This document shows, one piece after another, positions 8,501 to 17,552 of a stretch of DNA of 39,391 nucleotides (position 1 is its first letter; the number at the start of each line of letters is the position of its first letter). The notes under the pieces are model-generated. The model was not told where the DNA came from. It made no database searches and saw only the letters and a program-made list of their open reading frames with translations. The DNA comes from a virus (taxonomy: Duplodnaviria > Caudoviricetes), in the IMG/VR virus record IMGVR_UViG_3300025839_000027, positions 1-39,391 of that record; one strand, 5' to 3'. The position numbers were made by a program, and so were the translations under genes.

Positions 8501-11500
8501 TCCTTATTGAACTTCGCGCCCTTCACCGCATCGGCTTCCAGCTTGATGACCTCACCATCCAGCGTGGTCGTCTCGCCCTTGCGCAGCCATGTCTCCGCAC
8601 GATAGATCGGCATGGCCGATACTTCCTTCTCAACCGCTTCGCGGATCACGGCACGCTGTGCGTCTGCCTCGCGTTGCAGCTTGCGGATCATCTTCGATTT
8701 CGCGTTACTGCCCCACTTCATATCGCGCAGGCTGCGTGCCTGCATCTCGTCGGTGGCCTCCGAGGTGGCGGCTTCGTGCAAGTCTTTCAGCTCCTGCCAT
8801 GCCGTGTCAGACACGCCAGCGGGCTTCGTCTCGGGCATGAAGTAACCGCGTGCCGCTTCGGCCTCCTTGATCGCGTCCTCGCTTGCCAGCATGCGGTCGA
8901 ATACAGTGCGCACTTCGGGGGTCAGTTCTACGTTCAGGCCGCGCAGTGTCTTGTAGATACTCATCATCCACGACTTGATTCGGCTGAACGCCGGTTGCAA
9001 CTCAAGGCTTGGCGCTTTGCCCTCCATGAAGTATGCCTCGAAGCCTCGCGCCAGCTGCTCGTGGTGCGGGCGTTGCTCTTCCAGCGTCATGCTGTTCCAC
9101 TTCTCCAGCGACTCGACCCCGAACCAGTTCAGCAACTTGGTCATGTCGTCTTGCATCTTGACGGGCGCGTCAGGCTGCGATGCAATCTTCGCGTAGGTGT
9201 CCAGCGCCCAGTGGCCGGTCTCGTGGATATACGTCGAGAGGTCAGCGTTTTTTAGCAGGCCGATGGTGCGTGAGTCAGGGACGTAGAAGCCACGAGATTG
9301 TTGCTCAAAGGTGCTACCGTCGAAACGGTTGTACCCTTCAGCCCATGCTACGACCGCCCCGTTTGGGCGCGTCTCAAAAATATCCAGTACCCGAGCTCCG
9401 GTGCTATTCAGAAACCCCGCGAGGTTATCAATCTGCTCACGGCTATAGTCGCCGTGCGCTACAATCATCGAGCGGTGGCCGTTCGCCATAGATATACCCC
9501 GATAGAGTGCGTCCATCCGACCGCTGCCAGGCACGCGCAGCGGAAGGGTATCTCCAGCCTCAACCGGGATAAAACCGACCGGCTCATTCTGGGAATTAAG
9601 CAGCAACACCCCAGATTCTCCGTTTGATATTTTATCGGCAGCAACCTTCGCCAACGCTGGGGAACTTATGGCTTCACCGAGCGTACCCGTGTCGGTGAAC
9701 TGGCGCTCCATAAATGGCACGTTATGGGTAACACCGGTTTCGTTAATGCCTCCCGAGAGATCATCGCTATGTCCCCATCTTTGCTTGCCGCCTTTAGCGC
9801 TGGCGATAGCTAACATTCCACGTGGCGCTATGCCACTACCCTTAAATGCTTCGCTTAAGGCTTGATTTAAACGGTGATCGGCATCAGAAAGTTCGTTTGT
9901 GCCACCAGGGTGGTTGTGCGAAAACCAGATATTCGCCGCGCCTTCGACGCGAAACGCTTCACCCAGAACGGTAGACGGGTATATCTGCGCTGAGGCGATG
10001 TCCCCCTTAAAGCCGCCAACTACGGCGAGGGGCTTACCGTTTTTATCTGTGACGAGCGCGTCAAAACGCTCAACCGTACCTTTACCCAAATAGGCGGTGG
10101 CGTGTGCCGCTTCTTCGGGCGTGGTTACTTTGGCCGCGCCGAGGGTACGCGTGCCTTCTTGAACGAGTTTGGTTTTGGTGGCGTAGGTTCCACTTTTGGG
10201 GTCACCAGATACGGCGGGCTTGGCTGATCGGGTACGCCCCCGCCCAGTACTAATCCCTCCTTCATCACCGGGTAGCGGATTTCCGAATAAGTCGTGCGTG
10301 TAGGCATGGTCTTCTCCTTTATTCGCATTGTACGCCTGGTGCAGGATGTCCGCATCGTGCGGGTTGAAATCGCCGATACTAGTCATTGCTGGGCGATCCA
10401 TGCTGTCGGACACGCGTTCAGTGCTTTCCTGTTCAAATACACCACTCCCCGCACCGACAAGCGTCTGCCCGTGCTGCGCATGGAATTCTTCCGGCGTGAT
10501 GCCGTGATCCTGCGCCAGCGTGCCGATCATCTCGCTGTATATTTTCGCGTTGACCTTGTTCGCTTCAGGCGAGAAGCGCCCCGCCTCGTTGTGCTGAGCG
10601 AGTACCTGGTCGTACACCGCTTTCTTCGAGTTATCGAAGGCCGCGCGTTCGCTAATTTCTTTGATCTCCTTGCCTGCCTCGTCGGCCATGTCCTGCGCTT
10701 GCGTCTGTTGCTGCGCATCCGCTTCGGCTTTCGTCATGCCGTCCGGCTCAACCTTCAGGTGTTGCAGCAACGTATCGCCCAGCTTGCCCGCTGCGATGTG
10801 CGTCAGGTAGTCAGCGGTCGAGATGTTAACGTCTCCTTGTGTCTGGATTGCTTCTTGTAGCTGACTTGCCACTTCGGGCATGGTCTTTTGCAGTTCTTCC
10901 ATGCCGACACCGGCGGCCTGCATTGACTGTGCGAACACTTCGCCGTTGACGTATACGTTCGCCAGGTGGCCGTCTTCGGTCACACTGTTCACGAACTGTT
11001 TGAAGTCATCGGGCGCGAGGTCACGCGTCTGGCTGGACTTCGCGTGTTCGCTTGCCGTTTGCAGCGTGGCGAAGTCCTGAACAGCCTGTTCGACTTTGGC
11101 TTGTTTCTCGTCACCCCTACGTTGTAGGCGCATCGCCCCGTGCGCGAGGCCGCCCGTCGCGAGGGTCTGCACTACCGTGGCGATGATCGTCTGGCCTTCA
11201 TCCGGTCCCAGCTCCTTGACGTAATCGCCCATTGACTTTTCAGGGTGCAGGTTCAGCCATTCGTTCGCGTTCTGCCACGCGGTCGCGGCAACTTCACCCG
11301 GCACTTCGGTCGCCATCTGGTGGCCTATTAACTTCGTAAAGGATGATCCCGCCTTAATGTCTTTCAGCAACAGCCCCATCGGCAACATCTCGGTCAGGTA
11401 CTCCGCACCCGCGTCCTCGATACCGTAGGTAAGCGCCCGTGCTGATGATGCACCCGCATCGTGAGCCTTACCCATCGCCTGACCGCCCGCCACGCCTGCG

Positions 11501-12189
11501 CCCATACCGAGCGCGAACTGTGGAATGCCCGTCGCTACCGCCGCAGCTAGCCCTGGGATCGTCGCGCCCAGCGAACGGAAGCCGCTGGCCATGCCGCCCT
11601 CGGTAAAACCATCAGAGCCGTAGTCGCCCTGTATCGCCTTACCCATTGCCTCCTGACCCTTACGCAGCCCGCTGAAGTACGCCTTCGCGGCATCTGCACC
11701 GACCAGCCCCGCGCCCGTCTCAGCCGTCCCCCACGCCGCCGCATTAAAGTCGGTCAGCACACCCGCCGCCAGCGCGCGGAAAGGACCCGCCACTTGACGC
11801 GCCGCACTCTGGGCGAAAGTGCGCTCGATACCCGACAGATTGTGCAGATCGTCCTTGCTCACCGCTGCGCGTTGCGGGTACTCTGCGATGTGGTCGCGTA
11901 GCTTCGGGAACTGTTTGAACAGGTCGTCGGCATTCTGTCTTGCCATGTCCTCCTTGAACTGGTCAGGGAACTGCGCGACCACCTCGGGCGTGGTCTGGTA
12001 CTTCTTCGCCACGTCGGCATGCCAGGCAGCTTGCTCGGAATTATTTGAAGACGAGAATGCAACAGCTAAGGCGGCGCGCTTACGGCTCACTTCAACCTCA
12101 TCGTCCATCAAGCTACCGTACATGCCCGACATTTCTGTCGATTTTTCAATGCCTTTATCGCTGTCCATCAATTCGCCGTATGCACTCAC
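5509..12189 (-). CDS. Large internal virion/ejection protein (polyvalent) with RadC/JAB domains and HExxH motif
   Basis: 2226 aa; last of three ejection-protein genes; SHNHPGG..LSDAD JAB motif (HNHPGG at 9901..9918); HETGH at 9211..9225. Confidence 0.8.
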   Translation of the reverse strand: MSAYGELMDSDKGIEKSTEMSGMYGSLMDDEVEVSRKRAALAVAFSSSNNSEQAAWHADVAKKYQTTPEVVAQFPDQFKEDMARQNADDLFKQFPKLRDHIAEYPQRAAVSKDDLHNLSGIERTFAQSAARQVAGPFRALAAGVLTDFNAAAWGTAETGAGLVGADAAKAYFSGLRKGQEAMGKAIQGDYGSDGFTEGGMASGFRSLGATIPGLAAAVATGIPQFALGMGAGVAGGQAMGKAHDAGASSARALTYGIEDAGAEYLTEMLPMGLLLKDIKAGSSFTKLIGHQMATEVPGEVAATAWQNANEWLNLHPEKSMGDYVKELGPDEGQTIIATVVQTLATGGLAHGAMRLQRRGDEKQAKVEQAVQDFATLQTASEHAKSSQTRDLAPDDFKQFVNSVTEDGHLANVYVNGEVFAQSMQAAGVGMEELQKTMPEVASQLQEAIQTQGDVNISTADYLTHIAAGKLGDTLLQHLKVEPDGMTKAEADAQQQTQAQDMADEAGKEIKEISERAAFDNSKKAVYDQVLAQHNEAGRFSPEANKVNAKIYSEMIGTLAQDHGITPEEFHAQHGQTLVGAGSGVFEQESTERVSDSMDRPAMTSIGDFNPHDADILHQAYNANKGEDHAYTHDLFGNPLPGDEGGISTGRGRTRSAKPAVSGDPKSGTYATKTKLVQEGTRTLGAAKVTTPEEAAHATAYLGKGTVERFDALVTDKNGKPLAVVGGFKGDIASAQIYPSTVLGEAFRVEGAANIWFSHNHPGGTNELSDADHRLNQALSEAFKGSGIAPRGMLAIASAKGGKQRWGHSDDLSGGINETGVTHNVPFMERQFTDTGTLGEAISSPALAKVAADKISNGESGVLLLNSQNEPVGFIPVEAGDTLPLRVPGSGRMDALYRGISMANGHRSMIVAHGDYSREQIDNLAGFLNSTGARVLDIFETRPNGAVVAWAEGYNRFDGSTFEQQSRGFYVPDSRTIGLLKNADLSTYIHETGHWALDTYAKIASQPDAPVKMQDDMTKLLNWFGVESLEKWNSMTLEEQRPHHEQLARGFEAYFMEGKAPSLELQPAFSRIKSWMMSIYKTLRGLNVELTPEVRTVFDRMLASEDAIKEAEAARGYFMPETKPAGVSDTAWQELKDLHEAATSEATDEMQARSLRDMKWGSNAKSKMIRKLQREADAQRAVIREAVEKEVSAMPIYRAETWLRKGETTTLDGEVIKLEADAVKGAKFNKEDIAQMYPETMNARPNLDALKGLVSPSGMSPDMIADVFGFSSGDALVRDLLEMEPRESVIEVMTDQRMLEEHGDLIDARAIEQAANEAIHNELRAKFMATGLKMLSRSPISARTIQKGAKEAADVAVAAKVVRNLKPKQYEAAEAKANREALKLVATDPAGAVRAQRSAVLNNALVKSTNEALTDVQKLVEYGKRLETNAAQKNMRGEMLAQMNALLGRFDLRTSVTQPEANRKPIGQWVQEEADRLSAVTPEIPEWVANESYRTHYRELTVGQVRDLRDTLKQLEFLARREHRQYAAIRAMDFADERGEVLAEIRKHWPDDFDEAGDVLGIEPKFAPKFADAVSKLGDKFAGEFLSPETIITILGGGKFSTVNESLFGRISKRADWKATKLGELYRELKPYYAKYNLQEKVEFARKDIGTAKIGLAITREKAMGVALLHGHVEGRERLRNYGWGDQQQLAIVNLLEDRDLDLVAKMWQIQDEMIWPELEALNKRTRGKSPPKVEAVPFTTASGRTMQGGYSRLKYDGDLDEVAFNHDRLDGIKALVGGTFGKSAKTNQGTSTERKQDVTQRPRLDLGVFASALNESVHDLAYREAVADTMRMLRDKGIMAATKRVVGNEGYRALVNRVEEVATPPMNPSGFVERAIGIARKNTVINLMSGVKTALQNFTGLTPALAELNGGTFGSELAKFYGSKMMERYQFCMDQSEFMRNRFTSFDRDLQKESGRMTLNGSYMPDTSTFLALMGFIDKGVSVPVWNTAFKQGMERFENDAGKAVDYADHVVRQTQGSGREADLAQVMSGHGGWGMLKKAFTMFYSYFNSQLGLLVKHGVIAKLEAKQNPQLATARYAAKFIAIVVLPTILTELLMHGTGPDGEDDDQMMMRYATAFVKYGAGFFPFVRDIVPGVWTKVVNPNGHYFGVKISPIDSAGEGIVEGVKSLKDVATGENDEKDTKHLIMAAGYTFGLPGKLVADTVDGTRAWLSGDAGPQAVVLGPPKK

Positions 12190-13991
12190 TTAACACCCCC
12201 GTTCGCTTTCATGTACCAATACTGGTAATTTTGTTCTGTCTCTTTAATGCCTCGCTTGCGAAACTCGGTAGTCATTTCCTCACGGTCAGTCTTTGGTATC
12301 TCGAAACCTTTCGCACGCTCTTCCGGCGTCATCTGATATAGTTTTTTCTTCGTCATAAAGAACCCACCGAGACCCGTGCCAGACAACACTTGATCCTTCA
12401 CCATGCCGCGAACAATCTTGTTCAAGTCTTCCTGCTGGAATTTTGGGTTGTTTTTCTGGGCTTCGAGCAGCGCGTCTCTGACGTTCGAGGTGAACAGCGC
12501 ATAGTCCTGAGCAGCGGGGCTACCTTCTTTCGGTGTGGTGTCGATCTTCGCGGCCTTAACAAGACTTAATACATCCTGTGTTTGCAGCGCTTTGTTAATC
12601 ATGCTGTCCGCTCGTAAACGCGCGCCATCCTGCTTGCTAATCCCGTTGTACGTTTTCATCAAGTCATCAAAATGACTATCCGACACCTTGCCCCTGGAGT
12701 TCATAATATCGAGCTGCGTCAGCCCGCCTTTCGCCGCTTTGTCGTGCAGATCCATGAACAGCACTGGGTCGTCCTGATTGCCCATGCCGCGTTTCGCGAA
12801 GCTGTCTAACGAGGCGAGACTGCCTGTGCGCATAGCTCCGGCGTAGAGGTTCTTTGGCATATCCGTGACAGACTTGCCGGGGTGGTTGATAAGGAAGTCC
12901 TGCGCTTGACCGATGACGCTGGCGGTGTTCTCGTTGTCGTCCATGCGCTGTTTAGCGGCGCGATGCTCGATGCGCGCCTCAATCAGTTCGCGCTCCTTGC
13001 CGTCTAGCTTGCCCGCCTCGAAATCTTTGCGCACTTGCGACATCTGCGCTTTCTCGCCACGTACCGTATCGAATATCTGGTCTGAATATGTCAGCACGCG
13101 ATCTTGTGTGGCCGCTGCGTGGAGCTTGCCTTGAATATCGTCGCGCACCGCTGGGCTCAACTCGCTTTTCACCTGGTCGAAGTAGCCCTTCGCGATCTGC
13201 GTGCTGCCGTCGCCAGCTTTGCCCGACTCGTACAAATGGCCGATGATCCCGACGTAAACTTTCTCCATTTGAGCCTTGACCATCTGGGCGCGTACGTCGG
13301 GCGCGGCATTGACACCATACCGAAGATCGACGATGTGGTTCGCTTCGACCTTCGCCGTTTGCAGGTTCTGCTGGTAGGGTGTATTCGCCTCGGGATTAGT
13401 GGGGTCATAGGCCAACACCGGCCTATCGGTGATCGGGTTATACAAAGTCTTTGCCAAGTCGCTCGCTGCATCGGCGCGCGAGGTGGCCGATGCGATACCG
13501 TACACCTTGAGTTGCTGGTCCTTATGCTCGGCGGCTTTCGTCGCGAAGGCCTCATACCGCGTTTCGAGTACGTGCTTTGCCGCTTGCCGCTGCGCGTCGT
13601 TATCCAGTCCGTCGAGCAACTGCTGTTTAAAGTCGCTCAATGCTTTCGTCGTTGCGTCAAACGAATCTACCGCATCGCCGCCCATCTTCGTCAGGTACGC
13701 ACCCGGGGAGGGGTTGCCCTTGCTGTCCGGTGTGCCATGTAGTATCGCATTCGCGCCCGTCATGTAGGCCGTGTCCGCGTCCTTCGCCTTGTTCTCGTTA
13801 ACCTGTATCTGGTGCGCGACGTCAATGTCGTTGAACGTGTTACCGAGTTGCTGTCCCGCCGCGCCCATCTTGACCAGTTGTTCAGCTCCTATTGAGTTGG
13901 CGGCCATGAGACGGTCTGGTGTGGTCTGGCGGGCAGCAGGAAGCGCGCCAGGAGTTACTTGTGGGATGTCATACGTCGGGACGATCGGCAC
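12186..13991 (-). CDS. Internal virion/ejection protein (T7 gp15 position)
   Basis: MPIVPTY start, helical Ala/Gln-rich sequence, synteny. Confidence 0.65.
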   Translation of the reverse strand: MPIVPTYDIPQVTPGALPAARQTTPDRLMAANSIGAEQLVKMGAAGQQLGNTFNDIDVAHQIQVNENKAKDADTAYMTGANAILHGTPDSKGNPSPGAYLTKMGGDAVDSFDATTKALSDFKQQLLDGLDNDAQRQAAKHVLETRYEAFATKAAEHKDQQLKVYGIASATSRADAASDLAKTLYNPITDRPVLAYDPTNPEANTPYQQNLQTAKVEANHIVDLRYGVNAAPDVRAQMVKAQMEKVYVGIIGHLYESGKAGDGSTQIAKGYFDQVKSELSPAVRDDIQGKLHAAATQDRVLTYSDQIFDTVRGEKAQMSQVRKDFEAGKLDGKERELIEARIEHRAAKQRMDDNENTASVIGQAQDFLINHPGKSVTDMPKNLYAGAMRTGSLASLDSFAKRGMGNQDDPVLFMDLHDKAAKGGLTQLDIMNSRGKVSDSHFDDLMKTYNGISKQDGARLRADSMINKALQTQDVLSLVKAAKIDTTPKEGSPAAQDYALFTSNVRDALLEAQKNNPKFQQEDLNKIVRGMVKDQVLSGTGLGGFFMTKKKLYQMTPEERAKGFEIPKTDREEMTTEFRKRGIKETEQNYQYWYMKANGGVK

Positions 13992-13993
13992 GG

Positions 13994-14497
13994 TTATGCT
14001 CCTTTAGTTGCTGCTGTTTTCTTGTAGTTCGCTGCCGCAAAGCTGGATGCACTACCCATCAACGAGGTAAGGCCTGCCATCGTCGGGCTGATCGCACTGG
14101 CCGATGCGCGGGTGGCCGCCGCGTTGCTGGTGTCGTTCTGCGCCTGTACACGATTCGCCCATGCCTGGCGCGCAGCGTTGTCACGGATCGTGAGCGCGTC
14201 CACTTCACCCGTATGCACCGTCGTGGTGAGGATGTCAGTCGCCGAGCCTTGCCCGAGATCAATGCCGTTCGCCGCCAGTGAGGCGCGCTGTGCGCCGAAT
14301 ACTTGCGCCGTCTTGAGCCGGGAGGTCTGCTCCTGTTGCGCACCGATTGCCAGCGCCTGTTGTGCCTGGTACTCCGCCACCTTCGCATTGTTATCCGCGA
14401 CAGCCGCCTCGTAACCGAGTGTCGCCTTCTGCGCGTTGGCTTGATTCATCGCGCCCATCGCGGACACGCCCGCGCTCATTGCCATTGCTCCGCTCAT
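13994..14497 (-). CDS. Small internal virion protein (T7 gp14-like)
   Basis: Ala-rich, GAQRASLAANGIDLGQGS motif; follows tail tubular B. Confidence 0.7.
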   Translation of the reverse strand: MSGAMAMSAGVSAMGAMNQANAQKATLGYEAAVADNNAKVAEYQAQQALAIGAQQEQTSRLKTAQVFGAQRASLAANGIDLGQGSATDILTTTVHTGEVDALTIRDNAARQAWANRVQAQNDTSNAAATRASASAISPTMAGLTSLMGSASSFAAANYKKTAATKGA

Positions 14498-14498
14498 C

Positions 14499-16553
14499 TT
14501 AACCCCCGCCTAGTGAAACTTCTAATGTGATGCTGGCAATATCCAGCGGTAAGGGATCGTCCTGCCTGACGCATATCTGCCCGCTGGTGCCAATATTGCC
14601 GAGCAATACCATCTCGACCTCGTCGTTCACCATGCGTGGCGCAACACCGTAAGGCTCGTTCGTCCGCTGTTTGTATGGCACAAGGCTGGCGAAGCTGGGA
14701 CCCGCCTGCAATCCGCTGGAAGTATTCAAGCGCAGCCATACTTTGTTGACGTTCTTGGTGCGCCCCTGCGCCATGGCAGGATCGACCTGTGCGGCCACCG
14801 GCATGGTCTGGATATCCGCCTGGATAGGGAGACCGACGGTGATCTTGCTGGCAGGCTGGCTGATTGTAATAGCCCCGCCGGTGACGACCTGCTGCGGGAA
14901 TACCGCACCGTCAGCAAGGATGCTCACCGTACGCCCTTCGAGCCAGGTGAGGCCGCTCACCGTAGTGGCGGGCGCGCCGACGTAGGTTGCCCCACAGTCC
15001 ACAAAGAACGCATCCACCAGCGTGGTGAAATTGCGGGTATGTAACCGTTCGACGTAACGTTTCTGCACGCCACCGATGGTGCGCCGAACGACGCAGTACA
15101 GCATGTCCTCGTCGTTCTCCGTGATGACGCACACCGCTTCAAACACGTCACCATTGCCCGTGTCATGCTGGTGCCACGCCGCGATCTGTTGCTCAGCCAC
15201 GTAGGTCATACCGAGTAGCTGACCGGTGGACGACACGCACCACAGAATAGGCACCGGTCCGCGACAGTAAGCCATATCAACAATCTGCTTATAGTCGAAT
15301 AGATGCGGGGCCAACAGGCTGATATCCGCTGCGATATACCCGTTCGCTTGCCAACTGTAGGACATCTCGCGGACGTGACCGCCACGGGCGGAGATGTACA
15401 ACACGCGGTTATTCACCACTACCGGCGTGACGTTGTTCGAGCCGTTATACGATTGCGGCTTGACACTTACAGTCGTCGGGGTGAGCGCACCGCTACCAAC
15501 GGAGGCGACACGCCACTCACAACTTGCCGTGAGTAGCAGCATTTCCGCTGCCGGGATGATGTGCTTTACCGCGCTGGCTTCGCGCGCCGCGATGCGGAAG
15601 GCGATGCGGTTATCGTCGCGTACCGGTATCGAGTAGGACATATCCGACTCCGTACCTGAACGGGTGAACCACAAGTTTTGCGGTGCATTTTTCGTGCCGC
15701 CGAACACCCGGCGCTGCTCAAAATAACTGACCGCCGAGGGGTAATCTCCAACCGCTGCGAATACCGCATCGAATATCGGCGGAGTTTTTGAAACGTCCGC
15801 CGTGATGTTGTTATCCACGAAGGACAGCCCACCGGCTTGCCCGATGTAGCCGAGGATGCCATTGCTTAGCTTGTACACGTTATAACGCACCGGTGCTGCG
15901 CCAGCTGGTGCCGTCCAGGTGATCGTGTTGACGTGCCCCGCGACGGTCAGATCGTTCGTGCAAGTGGCCGCTGCCGTCGCGATAGACTCTTGCAGGTTGC
16001 CCGCGTTAACCGACGACACGTAATAACTGTACGACACTGCACCGGTGAGCGTTGGTGTCGCCACAGGGGATGTCGGGCAGTTCGTCGGCGGGTTGAAACT
16101 CGGCGCGGTAAACGTCCAGCTCAGCGCCCCGAGACGACGCAGCTCCATGACTGGATAGTTAGGATGCACCAGCGTCATTACGTCAGCGGACTGCACGTAA
16201 TGAATATCCGGCAGGTCAGCGGCCGCGTAGCCGTTCGCTATCTCGTACGGCACCGCACTGAGCATCAACGTCGCGGCCTGCGTGTGGAAGCGGAAGTACC
16301 CTGCCCCCACCTCGATAGCGAAGGTCTGTACGTTATTGAAGCTGAACGGGATTAGCCGTGTTGCCGATGCGGAGTTTTTCACCTCTAGCACAAATTCAGT
16401 ACCTGGGCGGCTATCCACTGGGCCGTGCGGTAGCGGGATGAAATTGCGGCAAAGTGCTAACCCCTCGCTGAACTTGGCAAAGTCCACGCGCCCAAACAGT
16501 TCAGGGGTTAGCTCACCGGCGGAAAATGCGTGGTCAAGTATGCGGATTGCCAT
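14499..16553 (-). CDS. Tail tubular protein B / nozzle
   Basis: FSAGELTPELFGRVD, RPGT, YVQSADV, AWHQH motifs; likely ATG at 16553. Confidence 0.85.
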   Translation of the reverse strand: MAIRILDHAFSAGELTPELFGRVDFAKFSEGLALCRNFIPLPHGPVDSRPGTEFVLEVKNSASATRLIPFSFNNVQTFAIEVGAGYFRFHTQAATLMLSAVPYEIANGYAAADLPDIHYVQSADVMTLVHPNYPVMELRRLGALSWTFTAPSFNPPTNCPTSPVATPTLTGAVSYSYYVSSVNAGNLQESIATAAATCTNDLTVAGHVNTITWTAPAGAAPVRYNVYKLSNGILGYIGQAGGLSFVDNNITADVSKTPPIFDAVFAAVGDYPSAVSYFEQRRVFGGTKNAPQNLWFTRSGTESDMSYSIPVRDDNRIAFRIAAREASAVKHIIPAAEMLLLTASCEWRVASVGSGALTPTTVSVKPQSYNGSNNVTPVVVNNRVLYISARGGHVREMSYSWQANGYIAADISLLAPHLFDYKQIVDMAYCRGPVPILWCVSSTGQLLGMTYVAEQQIAAWHQHDTGNGDVFEAVCVITENDEDMLYCVVRRTIGGVQKRYVERLHTRNFTTLVDAFFVDCGATYVGAPATTVSGLTWLEGRTVSILADGAVFPQQVVTGGAITISQPASKITVGLPIQADIQTMPVAAQVDPAMAQGRTKNVNKVWLRLNTSSGLQAGPSFASLVPYKQRTNEPYGVAPRMVNDEVEMVLLGNIGTSGQICVRQDDPLPLDIASITLEVSLGGG

Positions 16554-16554
16554 G

Positions 16555-17238
16555 TTATCGGTTCGCAATCCATGAGGGGGTGTGCTTCACGTTCAGCTTG
16601 CGCTGATTCGCGTCGGACTCCACTGCTCTCTCAAGTGCCGCCTGAAAGAACTTCAACTGCGCCGCACCTTCAGCTCGCCCGTCTGCGCCTTTCAACAAAG
16701 GCCCCGCGAGCTTAGCGGCCAGCAATCGGCATAGCGCTTCAGTGAATAGCGGTGAGAACTTCGTGCTGTCTGCGATCGCAGCGGAGTAGCGCAGTACAGC
16801 ATTCGGTTGGTTAGTCAGCACCATATCGCTGCCGTCGGATGCTTTCTCCACAACGAAGGGCTGCGCGGAAGCTACCGCCACGTTCGATCCAACTACGCCG
16901 AACATCGTATTCGCCAGCGGTATGCCGACCGCGTAGTCGTCAGCCGCGAGCGGGTCAGCCGCGAGCGGGTCAATCACTTCCAGATAATTGAGTACATCAG
17001 TTGGGCCAGCATAGGCGCAAGCCCACGACGTAGTCGGGTTGGCGATCTGCGCCAGTGCAACACGGGTCGTGGCGAAGCCCCACTGGTGCAATTCAAGCAA
17101 CTGATCGCGGGCAATCGGGTAGAAGCGTGAGCACAGCGCGGCTTGCGCGCTACCATCAGGTGGCGCGATGCTGGTTACGTTGGCGACGTCGCCCAGGTAA
17201 CTCAGTGCTAGGTTGCAAACGTCCGCATCGGAAGCCAT
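16555..17238 (-). CDS. Tail tubular protein A / adaptor
   Basis: VCNLALSYLG, HQWGFAT, FTEAL..LLAAKLAGPL motifs. Confidence 0.85.
   Translation of the reverse strand: MASDADVCNLALSYLGDVANVTSIAPPDGSAQAALCSRFYPIARDQLLELHQWGFATTRVALAQIANPTTSWACAYAGPTDVLNYLEVIDPLAADPLAADDYAVGIPLANTMFGVVGSNVAVASAQPFVVEKASDGSDMVLTNQPNAVLRYSAAIADSTKFSPLFTEALCRLLAAKLAGPLLKGADGRAEGAAQLKFFQAALERAVESDANQRKLNVKHTPSWIANR
16939..16972. repeat. 15-bp tandem duplication GTCAGCCGCGAGCGG x2 (DPLAA-DPLAA)
   Basis: Read directly from the sequence. Confidence 0.85.
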
Positions 17239-17252
17239 AACGTACTCCAGTT

Positions 17253-17287
17253 AAAAAGAAAGGGGAGCAAAATGTGCCCCCCTTTTT
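17253..17287 (-). terminator. Probable terminator between head and tail genes
   Basis: GGGGGCAC..GCTCCCC stem followed by TTTCTTTTT on the minus strand. Confidence 0.65.
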
Positions 17288-17317
17288 AAATCGCGCGGTT
17301 AAACGCGAGGGAGGAAA

Positions 17318-17503
17318 CTAAACCAGTGCAGCGGCGGCCTGAGCATCCGCTTCGCCTTGCGCAGCGATTTTCGCGGCGGCCTTCGCGGCCTTGTCAACGG
17401 GTTCGAGGTTATCGCCAGGCGTACCGTCGTAGTCCACGACGTCGCCCTCCTTAACCAACGAGTTGCCAATAAAAGAATCTTTGAGTACACGGTATTGCGC
17501 CAT
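17318..17503 (-). CDS. Small conserved head-region protein
   Basis: YRVLKDSFIGNSLVKEGDVV..PGDNLEP; AGGAG SD; synteny. Confidence 0.75.
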   Translation of the reverse strand: MAQYRVLKDSFIGNSLVKEGDVVDYDGTPGDNLEPVDKAAKAAAKIAAQGEADAQAAAALV

Positions 17504-17526
17504 TTGAATCTCCTAAACGAATGAGG

Positions 17527-17544
17527 CCTCGCCCGAAGGCGAGG
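17527..17544 (-). other. C(UUCG)G hairpin after the cement gene
   Basis: CCTCGCC-TTCG-GGCGAGG on the minus strand, no U-tract. Confidence 0.7.
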
Positions 17545-17552
17545 GATGGTTA

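Noticed and set aside
12186-13991. Virion-associated lytic transglycosylase or other muralytic domain
   Set aside because: No SLT, CHAP or lysozyme motifs could be recognised by eye
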